A stretch of DNA of 53,714 nt, taken from sequence record DRR378314_1164, one strand, 5' to 3'. How positions within the stretch are numbered: position 1 is the first letter of the stretch; the number at the start of each line of letters is the position of its first letter. Position numbers and translations under genes: made by a program. This document shows positions 39,537 through 49,498 of this stretch, one piece after another. The notes under the pieces are model-generated. The model was not told the DNA's origin. It ran no database searches and saw nothing but the letters and a program-made list of their open reading frames with translations.

Positions 39537-41996
39537 ATGCAATTACCTATGTCTTTTTTGCGTAACCCGGTTGCTGCTGCGGTAAGCCTATCCATTTTCA
39601 CCACCTTGTCCTTTTCTACTTATGCGCAGGAAGACCCGGTACAAGAGTTAGCGACCACCAAGGTGGAAAGTGAAAATTCAGAGGTGGAAGTAAAAACTCT
39701 AGGGCCGCTCGATTTGCGGACTTCTACGCGTTCGGATTTAAGCGAGGCGTTATCTATAATTCCATCTTTACGCATTGATAATACGGCAAGCTCCAGTACG
39801 CGGCAGGGCGATATTAAGCCCGCGGAATTTTCAATTCGGGGCGCGGCACCGTATCAGAATAACATTCAACTGGATAACAGTAGCATAGACAGTCTGCTTG
39901 ACCCGGCTAAAGTATTACGCTCGGGAGAATCGCCTGGCTACTCTCAAGTGTCGGGACACTCTCAATCAATTTTCATTGACCCTGAGTTTTTGTCATCAAT
40001 TGAAGTGATTGACAGCAATGCTTCGGCAAAAGAAGGTGGTTTTACCGGTGGCGTGATAAAGGCAAAAACACGTGGGTATCAAGGGGAGAATAGGTTTTCG
40101 GTGAGTCATCGCATGACCAAAGACAGTTGGACCGAGTTTCATATTGATAAGGCGCAGCTGATCAATTTTGAGGAAGGTGCGGGGCAGCTTCCGACGGGGA
40201 CTCCTGGCAAGTTTCAGCCCAACTTTGATAAGTCGGAGACCTCGCTGTCAGGTACCTTTAGGGCTGGTGATATTGGTTTCTTTGTGGGATATAGCGAAAA
40301 GCGCTCGGAGATTACCCAAAAACGTACCGCGGAAAGGGCCTTTATTTCTGACTTAGACTACTTTTTAGAGACAGGCAACGCCTTTAAGCACGGAGATGAA
40401 GATAAACTCGATAGTGAATCGCGTTATTTTACAGTACGTGCTGACGCTTTGGATGTGCCTTACGATTTGTATGCGACTTTTTCTTTCAGTGACTTTTCTG
40501 AAGACAGTTTTTTAATTAATTATCTTAACTCGGATTTTTCCAGTGAGGTAACCGGGTACAATTTAAGTGTAAATTACGGCGATGATTTTGGTGCGACGCG
40601 AATGGATTCAACGGTGGCGTTGAATTTAAGTGATAACAGTCGGGATGCCCAGGTCAATACGCTTGATAACTTTAAAGGTAGGAGTCTCTTCGAGACGGCA
40701 ATTGTCGGCAGTTACGGTGATCTTGAAAATGAGCAGGAGCGCTTGTCGGCATCAGTCGATTTTGATACTGAGCTAAATGAAAACCAGAATTTTCTCTATG
40801 GACTAGAGATTGACCATGTGCGCTTGCACCAGAATAGGCCGGAAGATTTCGTTAGTACCGAGTACTACCCGGACGACTCGAGTTTAACAACCGGAGTCCC
40901 TTACGCTGAGCATCATGTTTATCGTGAAGCTGTCTACGGAGCTGGTGATATTGGCTTTAATGAAACTAATTTTAGTGCATACGGTGAAATAAAAGGTGAA
41001 AGCGAATCGTTGTTTTATTCGGGCGGGCTGCGGGCCAGTCGTGATGCCTGGCTTGGAAACACGAATTTGGCGCCGCGATTGAGCGGGGGAATGTACCTTG
41101 CTGACGACGAAAGCCTTTCTGTAGAAGTTGGGGCTAACCGATATTATGGCAAATCGTTTTTATCGTACCGCTTAAGAGATGAAGAAAAGAAATTTGTGAC
41201 CGTACGCGAGCGCGAAGAAACCTATAATCCGGATTCACCTTTTAATGAATTTTCAGGGGAGGCCAAGTGGCTGCCGAGTGACCTGAACACGCCTTACGAT
41301 GATGAATACAGTATTGGGCTTAGCAGTTTGCAATTTTCCGGAATAGCAAAAGTTGAGTTTGTTGTTCGTAAGGGGCGAGATCAAATTCGCACAGACTATA
41401 ATGGCGAAGATGATACGTACCAGTACGTTAATAGCGGCGAAAGCGATACCAAGCAAATAGACGTGTCCTGGCGGTCGCCGACTTATAACTGGCTAGCCTC
41501 TGACTGGCGAGTGAATGCTGGCGTTTCATGGATGGATACTGAAACCGATGCACAATATCTTGACGGAGGTTATGGCAAAGCCACGAATCCGGATGAAGAG
41601 ATCATCTTTGACGGTAAACGTATGATGAGAGTAGACCTTCCTGCGGATGATTACGCCAGCCCGATTTCGGCCAATATTGATGTGATTATGCAGGCCTTTG
41701 ATAACCGCCTGTTGATGACGAACTCGTTTGGGTACACCAACGGTTATCAGTATTTAGGCCGTGCTGGCACTGATGAAGCGACCGGACTTAAAAATTATGA
41801 GACGGTTGATCAGGGGACGACATTTAACTGGAACCTTGGGGTTGAGTATCAGCTTTTTGCAGGCAGTAACTCGCCGTATGTTAGCCTGGATGTTATTAAC
41901 CTGACGGACAAGTCCAATGTACTTCGTTATGAAACCGGCACCCAATTATTCAGCCTGGGACGCCAGTTCTGGGTTGAAGTGGGTTATCGGTTTTAA
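39537..41996 (+). CDS. TonB-dependent outer membrane receptor
   Basis: Signal peptide, plug motifs SIRG and GGFTGGVI, NLAPRL, C-terminal NLTD...GRQFWVEVGYRF. Confidence 0.92.
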   Translation: MQLPMSFLRNPVAAAVSLSIFTTLSFSTYAQEDPVQELATTKVESENSEVEVKTLGPLDLRTSTRSDLSEALSIIPSLRIDNTASSSTRQGDIKPAEFSIRGAAPYQNNIQLDNSSIDSLLDPAKVLRSGESPGYSQVSGHSQSIFIDPEFLSSIEVIDSNASAKEGGFTGGVIKAKTRGYQGENRFSVSHRMTKDSWTEFHIDKAQLINFEEGAGQLPTGTPGKFQPNFDKSETSLSGTFRAGDIGFFVGYSEKRSEITQKRTAERAFISDLDYFLETGNAFKHGDEDKLDSESRYFTVRADALDVPYDLYATFSFSDFSEDSFLINYLNSDFSSEVTGYNLSVNYGDDFGATRMDSTVALNLSDNSRDAQVNTLDNFKGRSLFETAIVGSYGDLENEQERLSASVDFDTELNENQNFLYGLEIDHVRLHQNRPEDFVSTEYYPDDSSLTTGVPYAEHHVYREAVYGAGDIGFNETNFSAYGEIKGESESLFYSGGLRASRDAWLGNTNLAPRLSGGMYLADDESLSVEVGANRYYGKSFLSYRLRDEEKKFVTVREREETYNPDSPFNEFSGEAKWLPSDLNTPYDDEYSIGLSSLQFSGIAKVEFVVRKGRDQIRTDYNGEDDTYQYVNSGESDTKQIDVSWRSPTYNWLASDWRVNAGVSWMDTETDAQYLDGGYGKATNPDEEIIFDGKRMMRVDLPADDYASPISANIDVIMQAFDNRLLMTNSFGYTNGYQYLGRAGTDEATGLKNYETVDQGTTFNWNLGVEYQLFAGSNSPYVSLDVINLTDKSNVLRYETGTQLFSLGRQFWVEVGYRF

Positions 41997-42001
41997 GCGC
42001 T

Positions 42002-43123
42002 ATGCAATTAGGACGTTTTTTACTAGTTGCTATAGGTAGTTGTCTGCTTATGTTCGGTTCAGTCTGTGAGGCAGAGCCGCAGGACTCTTTAGTTGATGTT
42101 TATCGAGGTCCTCAGCAGCAATGGCCCGCAGCAACTATTGATGACGGGGTAGATTTTAAGCCGTTAGCACCACTTGAGAATAAACCGCCTTTTCCTGAGG
42201 ATAATCCTTATTCGAAAGAAAAATGGGAGCTGGGTAAGCAGCTGTTTTTTGAACGTCGATTATCTAAGTCAAGGCAAGTGGCCTGCGCCAGTTGTCATGA
42301 TCCTGATTTAGGCTGGGCGGATGGACGGCGCAAAGCTATTGGGCATAATCGTATACAACATGATTTAAATTCTCCCTCTATTGTAAACAGTGCCTGGATT
42401 GAGGAGGTGTTTTGGGACGGGCGCGCAGACTCTCTGGAAGAACAAGTACTTGGAAGTTGGCAAAACCCAATAGAAATGGCGGCGAATTTGCCAGACGCTG
42501 TGGCTCGTATTCGGAGTATTGAAGGCTATTCACCTCTTTTTGAACAAGCCTTTGGTTCCAGCGAGGTGTCCGCGATGCGGATCAGCCAGGCAATTGCAAC
42601 CTTCATGCGGAAGATAACGCTGACAAACACACGCTTTGACAAGTTTATGCGAGGTGAGCGTGACGTTTTAACTGAGAACGAGATTAAAGGACTGCATTTG
42701 TTCCGTACAAAAGCTCGTTGCGCCAACTGCCATAACGGTGCCTTGTTGAGCGATGGTGAGTATCATCATTTGGGGTCGTCTTTTCATAACGTTGGAGAGT
42801 TTCAGGGGCGTTATCGCGTAACTGGCAAAGCTGAGGATGTGGGAGCATTCAGAACGCCTGGGTTGCGTGGTATTGGGGAAACGGCTCCTTATCAGCATAA
42901 TGGCTTTGCTAAAAATTTGGATATATTACTGAACCTATACAATATGGGCTGGTGGCAAAATGCTGAATTGGCGGAAAAAGGTAACGATATCCCTACTGCT
43001 CAGTTATCGAGCCACATTCAGGAGCTGAAGTTAAACAAGGAGGAGTTAATTCACCTTAAGGCTTTTTTGGGCACTCTCGATGGAGACATGCCCTGGTATG
43101 AAATGCCAGAAGAACTTGAATAG
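42002..43123 (+). CDS. Periplasmic di-heme cytochrome c, bCcP/MauG superfamily, Tyr-ligated (MauG/MbnH-like) type
   Basis: Signal peptide; CASCH (aa 95-99) and CANCH (aa 240-244); FWDGRA; FRTPGLR; TAPYQHNG with Tyr313 at His+14. Confidence 0.88.
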   Translation: MQLGRFLLVAIGSCLLMFGSVCEAEPQDSLVDVYRGPQQQWPAATIDDGVDFKPLAPLENKPPFPEDNPYSKEKWELGKQLFFERRLSKSRQVACASCHDPDLGWADGRRKAIGHNRIQHDLNSPSIVNSAWIEEVFWDGRADSLEEQVLGSWQNPIEMAANLPDAVARIRSIEGYSPLFEQAFGSSEVSAMRISQAIATFMRKITLTNTRFDKFMRGERDVLTENEIKGLHLFRTKARCANCHNGALLSDGEYHHLGSSFHNVGEFQGRYRVTGKAEDVGAFRTPGLRGIGETAPYQHNGFAKNLDILLNLYNMGWWQNAELAEKGNDIPTAQLSSHIQELKLNKEELIHLKAFLGTLDGDMPWYEMPEELE

Positions 43124-43139
43124 CTGTGTTTTTGCCCAT

Positions 43140-43195
43140 GTAATCTAGCGTTTACGTCAGGTTCTATATTCCATCTAGCATGAATGTCAGGCTAC
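43140..43195. repeat. Degenerate GTAG REP doublet (56 bp)
   Basis: gtaatctagcgtttacgtcagg + ttctatattcca + tctagcatgaatgtcaggctac. Confidence 0.8.
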
Positions 43196-43218
43196 GAAGA
43201 GATAAGCCCGCAAAACAT

Positions 43219-43297
43219 TTGACAAACTCGCGGCTGCAAACTAAATTGATTTATAAGTAACTCATTAAGTGGTTTAAGGGTTTATATATAAATCAAT
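43219..43297 (+). promoter_or_regulatory. Promoter and twin operator of the hipBA-like operon
   Basis: TTGACA (43219) - 17 nt - TAAATT (43242); perfect 11-bp inverted repeat attgatttata (43245) / tataaatcaat (43287); palindrome TGA.TTA.N4.TAA.TCA at 43247-43264 with a partial copy at 43278-43295. Confidence 0.65.
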
Positions 43298-43300
43298 CGT

Positions 43301-43645
43301 ATGCCAAAATCTATAGTACGTACCTACTCACAATACACCAAAGAAGCCCTGACTCTACTGTCTGGGCTTATTCGTGCTGCGCGCATTGAGCGCAAGCTTA
43401 GTACTCAGGAAGTCGCAGAGCGCGCAGGTATTTCAAGAAGTATGCTTCAGCGTATTGAAAAGGCTGATCCTAAGTGTGAAATAGGTGCCGTATTCGAGGT
43501 GGCCAGTATTGTCGGTGTGCCGCTATTCAACGCAGAACTGTCTTCTCCAAAATTAGCGAATAACATTAAGCGTACCGAAGAGAAACTTGCTTTGCTGCCG
43601 CAAAGAGCGCGTAAACCGCAAAAGGCCATTGATGATGACTTCTGA
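43301..43645 (+). CDS. XRE-family HTH regulator, HipB-like antitoxin
   Basis: IRAARIERKLSTQEVAERAGISRSMLQRIEK Cro/C1 HTH; overlaps the downstream kinase gene. Confidence 0.85.
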   Translation: MPKSIVRTYSQYTKEALTLLSGLIRAARIERKLSTQEVAERAGISRSMLQRIEKADPKCEIGAVFEVASIVGVPLFNAELSSPKLANNIKRTEEKLALLPQRARKPQKAIDDDF

Positions 43646-44897
43646 CTCTATTTATAAAGAAGCCTATGTCTGGATCTGGCTGCCGGGAGAAACAACTCCG
43701 GTAGTGGCTGGAAAACTCGAAGCCGATGGCGAGAACCTGCTTTTTAACTACGGTAAGAATTATTTAGCGCGTGTTAATGAAGAGCCTACCGCGATTCCAA
43801 TCTACGAGCCTGAGCTACCATTAAAGCAGGGAGTAATACCCAATTTACAAGGCTTAAGCATGCCTGGGTGTATTCGCGATGCGGCACCGGATGCATGGGG
43901 ACGTCGAGTTGTTATTAATAAGCTGCAGGGTAATAGGGGAGACAATGTCGATACGGCGGTGCTTGATGAACTGACTTACTTGTTGGAGTCTGGCTCAGAC
44001 AGAATTGGGGCTCTCGACTTTCAGTTATCACCAACTGAATATGTGCCTCGCTCAGCAAGAAACGCCACGATGGAAGAGTTAATAGAGTCGGCTGAGCGTG
44101 TTGAAAAAGGTATTCCGCTAACGCCGGAGTTAGATCAGGCTCTTTATCATTGTAGTTCAATTGGAGGGGCTCGTCCGAAAGCACTTATTGAACAAGATGG
44201 TATAAAGTACATTGCAAAATTTTCAGCTTCTAATGATCTTTATAGCGTTGTAAAAGCTGAGTTTATTGCTATGCGTTTAGCTTCGCTGGCTGGGTTAAAT
44301 GTGGCTCCGGTACAAATGGCTAAGGCGGCGGGTAAAGATGTTATTCTAATTGAACGTTTTGACCGTAAGCAGAATAAAAGTGGCTGGATGCGTAAGCCAA
44401 TGGTATCTGCTTTAACGCTCTTTGAGCTTGACGACATGATGGCGCGTTACGCGAGTTACGAAACCCTCGCTGAAATTATTCGGCGTCGTTTCAGCAAGCC
44501 ACAGGAGACGCTTAAAGAACTGTTTTCCCGCTTAGTATTCAATATTTTATGCGGTAACACGGATGATCACGCAAGAAACCATGCGGCTTTTTGGGATGGC
44601 AATAGCTTAAATCTTACCCCTGCTTATGATATTTGCCCACAGGGGCGTACGAGAAATGAGCAGGGGCAGGCAATGCTTATAGTCGGTAACAATAATGCCA
44701 GTCAAATGAGTAGTTGTTTGAAAGCTGCCCCCAACTTTTTGTTGAAACAGGACGAAGCTCTGGCTATTTTTGAGAATCAAAAGTCAGTTATAGAGCAAAA
44801 TTGGCAGAATGTGTGTGATGAGGCAGAATTGAGCGAAGTTGACCGGAAGCTATTCTGGGGGCGCCAATTTCTCAACCCATTTTCATTACAGACGTGA
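43632..44897 (+). CDS. hipA: HipA-family serine/threonine kinase toxin
   Basis: HipA N-terminal region (DAAPDAWGR, DRIGAL), SSIGGARPK, IAKF, IERFDR, NTDDHARN, LTPAYD; ATG 43632 or 43635 overlaps the HTH gene. Confidence 0.88.
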   Translation: MMTSDSIYKEAYVWIWLPGETTPVVAGKLEADGENLLFNYGKNYLARVNEEPTAIPIYEPELPLKQGVIPNLQGLSMPGCIRDAAPDAWGRRVVINKLQGNRGDNVDTAVLDELTYLLESGSDRIGALDFQLSPTEYVPRSARNATMEELIESAERVEKGIPLTPELDQALYHCSSIGGARPKALIEQDGIKYIAKFSASNDLYSVVKAEFIAMRLASLAGLNVAPVQMAKAAGKDVILIERFDRKQNKSGWMRKPMVSALTLFELDDMMARYASYETLAEIIRRRFSKPQETLKELFSRLVFNILCGNTDDHARNHAAFWDGNSLNLTPAYDICPQGRTRNEQGQAMLIVGNNNASQMSSCLKAAPNFLLKQDEALAIFENQKSVIEQNWQNVCDEAELSEVDRKLFWGRQFLNPFSLQT

Positions 44898-44913
44898 CTT
44901 AACGGAATAATTC

Positions 44914-45648
44914 ATGCTTAAAGAAGTAAAAGACATAGCCCGGGATGCAGGCGCTGCCATTATGGATATTTACCAAAGCAATTACTTTGATGTGCAGAAA
45001 AAGGCCGATGACAGTCCGCTGACCAAAGCGGATTTAGCGGCGCATAACATCATTTGTGAGGGTTTGCGTGCGCTGGATATTCAGTACCCGGTTATTTCGG
45101 AAGAGTCGTCAGACATTAGTTGGGCGCAGCGCAAGCACTGGTGCCGCTATTGGCTGGTTGACCCGTTGGACGGCACCAAGGAATTTATTAAGCGAAATGA
45201 CGAATTCACCGTGAACATTGCCCTGATAGAAAAGGGCGTGCCCATTTTAGGTGTGGTGTATGCTCCGGCGTTAGACACCATGTATACCGGCGAACGTGAC
45301 CGCGGTGCTTTTTTAAACGACAAAGCGATTTCGGTTGCCACGCAGGAACCTGAAACCTTGCGCGTGGTTGGTTCCCGTTCACACCCTTCGCAGGAAACGA
45401 CCGACTGGTTAGATGCTCTGGGCAAACCCTACGAGATGCTGGCGGTAGGCAGTTCACTGAAGTTTTGCCTGGTAGCCGAAGGTAAAGCCGACATTTATCC
45501 CCGCTTAGGCCCCACCAGCGAATGGGACACCGCCGCAGCCCATGCGGTATTAAGCGCAGCAGGTGGGGACGTACTGACCCTTAACGGCGAACCGCTGCTG
45601 TACAACCAAAAAGCAGACTACCTCAACCCGCACTTTATTGCCCGGTGA
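44914..45648 (+). CDS. cysQ: 3'(2'),5'-bisphosphate nucleotidase
   Basis: DDSPLTKAD, ISEE, WLVDPLDGTKEF, SRSH, GSSLKFC, EWDTAA. Confidence 0.95.
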   Translation: MLKEVKDIARDAGAAIMDIYQSNYFDVQKKADDSPLTKADLAAHNIICEGLRALDIQYPVISEESSDISWAQRKHWCRYWLVDPLDGTKEFIKRNDEFTVNIALIEKGVPILGVVYAPALDTMYTGERDRGAFLNDKAISVATQEPETLRVVGSRSHPSQETTDWLDALGKPYEMLAVGSSLKFCLVAEGKADIYPRLGPTSEWDTAAAHAVLSAAGGDVLTLNGEPLLYNQKADYLNPHFIAR

Positions 45649-45656
45649 TTGGTGTT

Positions 45657-45712
45657 GTAGCCTGACGTTTACGTCAGGGACGATACCTCACCTGACATGA
45701 ATGTCAGGCTAC
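45657..45712. repeat. GTAG REP doublet (56 bp)
   Basis: gtagcctgacgtttacgtcagg + gacgatacctca + cctgacatgaatgtcaggctac. Confidence 0.92.
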
Positions 45713-45789
45713 GCGCAGTTAAATGTGAGTAAATGTCGATTTTTCCAAATGGATGCTAGACTCTTTAGGTAAGAAAGCAGACCACATAG

Positions 45790-46152
45790 GTGAAACAGAT
45801 GAAACTACTTTTAGCTTTTGCAACAACGGCGCTATTGGCGGGTTGCAGCACCGCTCAGTCAGCAACAGATACTCCGGTCACTATGGCCGATATTAAAGAA
45901 CTGATTGGTAAGCCTGAAGCGCAAAGTATAGATAGCTGTAAGGTACTGCCTGTGGGTAAAAGAGCCTGCGGTGGCCCAGCGAGTTATGTGGTGTACAGTA
46001 GTGAGACCATCACTGATGAGAGTAAATTGCTTAACGCTGTGCATCGCTACAATGAGAAGGCCGAGAAAGATGCTCAAACAGGCTATTCTACGTGTCAGTT
46101 TATTCCCGAGCCCGAACCACAGCTAAAAGCTGGCGTGTGCTGGATACCCTAG
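45790..46152 (+). CDS. Small Cys-containing lipoprotein of unknown function
   Basis: Lipobox LAGC; C..G.RACGGP..Y.VYS...C...P....C pattern; start GTG 45790 or ATG 45799. Confidence 0.75.
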   Translation: MKQMKLLLAFATTALLAGCSTAQSATDTPVTMADIKELIGKPEAQSIDSCKVLPVGKRACGGPASYVVYSSETITDESKLLNAVHRYNEKAEKDAQTGYSTCQFIPEPEPQLKAGVCWIP

Positions 46153-46156
46153 CGCT

Positions 46157-47837
<1,681 letters not shown>

Positions 47838-47848
47838 CAGGATGACTA

Positions 47849-49426
47849 ATGACTAGAGATATCCACGACCACCGAATATTGATTCTGGATTTCGGCTCTC
47901 AGTACACTCAGCTGATTGCCCGCCGCATTCGCGAAATTGGCGTTTACTGTGAACTTTGGGCCTGGGATGTTGATGAAGCCGACATCCGCGAATTTGCGCC
48001 TAAAGGTATTATTTTATCGGGTGGCCCGGAAAGCGTAGCTGAAGAAGGTTCGCCGCGTGCGCCTGAGTACGTATTTAACGCCGGCGTTCCGGTCTTTGGT
48101 ATTTGCTACGGCATGCAGACCATGGCACACCAGCTGGGTGGTTCGGTGCAATGCTCACTGGAGCGCGAATTCGGTTACGCGCAAATTGAGCTGGTAGAGC
48201 AAAGCCCGCTGTTTAAAGCTATTGAAGACGCTGTGTCTGAGTCTGGTGCGCCGTTACTGGATGTGTGGATGAGCCACGGTGACAAAGTGGAAATGATTCC
48301 GGAAGGCTTTCACACCGTAGCGAAAACCTCTTATTGCCCGTATGCCGCAATGGCTGACGAAGAACGCCATTTTTATGGTGTGCAGTTTCACCCGGAAGTG
48401 ACTCATACGCGGCAGGGACAGCGTATGCTGGAGCATTTTGTCAGTGATATCTGCGGTTGTGAGAAGCAATGGACGCCGGCAAAAATCATTGATGACGCCA
48501 TTGAGCGCATCCGTGAACAGGTAGGTAGTGACAAGGTTATTCTTGGTTTGTCTGGCGGTGTTGATTCGTCGGTAACGGCTATGCTGCTGCACCGGGCTAT
48601 TGGCGAGCAGCTGACCTGCGTATTTGTCGACAACGGATTGCTGCGCCTGAACGAAGCTGAGCAGGTGATGGAAATGTTCGGCGACCACTATGGTCTGAAC
48701 ATTTTGCCAATACGTGCAGAAGACCGCTTCTTAGATGCGTTGGCGGGTGAGAATGACCCGGAGAAAAAGCGTAAAATTATTGGTAATACCTTCATTGAAA
48801 TTTTTGATGAAGAAGCCGGTAAGCTGACCGAGGTTGACTGGCTGGCGCAGGGTACAATTTACCCTGATGTAATTGAGTCTGCGGGTTCTAAAACCGGTAA
48901 AGCGCACGTGATTAAATCACACCACAACGTAGGCGGTTTACCGGAGGACATGAAGTTAGGTCTGGTTGAGCCTCTACGTGAATTATTTAAAGACGAAGTG
49001 CGTAAAATTGGGCTTGAGTTAGGCCTGCCTTACAACATGCTTTACCGTCATCCGTTCCCGGGGCCTGGTTTGGGTGTTCGTGTGCTGGGTGAAATTAAGA
49101 AAGAGTACTGTGACTTACTGCGCCGTGCCGATGCTATTTTCATTGAAGAGTTGCACAACGCGGACTGGTATAACAAAGTCAGCCAGGCCTTTGCGGTATT
49201 CCTGCCGGTACGTTCGGTGGGGGTTATGGGTGATCAGCGTAAATACGACTGGGTTATTGCCATACGCGCCGTAGAGACTATCGACTTTATGACCGCGCGC
49301 TGGGCACACCTGCCGTACGAGTTATTAGAGAAGGTATCAAACCGGATTATTAATGAAGTGAACGGCATTTCCCGCGTAACCTACGATATTTCAGGTAAAC
49401 CACCTGCCACCATCGAGTGGGAATAA
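47849..49426 (+). CDS. guaA: GMP synthase (glutamine-hydrolysing)
   Basis: [40 protein letters not shown]. Confidence 0.98.
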   Translation: MTRDIHDHRILILDFGSQYTQLIARRIREIGVYCELWAWDVDEADIREFAPKGIILSGGPESVAEEGSPRAPEYVFNAGVPVFGICYGMQTMAHQLGGSVQCSLEREFGYAQIELVEQSPLFKAIEDAVSESGAPLLDVWMSHGDKVEMIPEGFHTVAKTSYCPYAAMADEERHFYGVQFHPEVTHTRQGQRMLEHFVSDICGCEKQWTPAKIIDDAIERIREQVGSDKVILGLSGGVDSSVTAMLLHRAIGEQLTCVFVDNGLLRLNEAEQVMEMFGDHYGLNILPIRAEDRFLDALAGENDPEKKRKIIGNTFIEIFDEEAGKLTEVDWLAQGTIYPDVIESAGSKTGKAHVIKSHHNVGGLPEDMKLGLVEPLRELFKDEVRKIGLELGLPYNMLYRHPFPGPGLGVRVLGEIKKEYCDLLRRADAIFIEELHNADWYNKVSQAFAVFLPVRSVGVMGDQRKYDWVIAIRAVETIDFMTARWAHLPYELLEKVSNRIINEVNGISRVTYDISGKPPATIEWE

Positions 49427-49438
49427 GCAGGTAAGCAC

Positions 49439-49494
49439 GTAGCCTGATGTTTACATCAGGTGAGATATCCCACCTGACATAAATGTCAGGCTAC
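49439..49494. repeat. GTAG REP doublet (56 bp) between convergent genes
   Basis: gtagcctgatgtttacatcagg + tgagatatccca + cctgacataaatgtcaggctac. Confidence 0.92.
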
Positions 49495-49498
49495 GTGT

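Noticed and set aside
42002-43123. Ordinary cytochrome c peroxidase (ccpA) or true mauG
   Set aside because: The Met ligand position holds Tyr, arguing against CcpA; no methylamine dehydrogenase genes are nearby, arguing against MauG proper.
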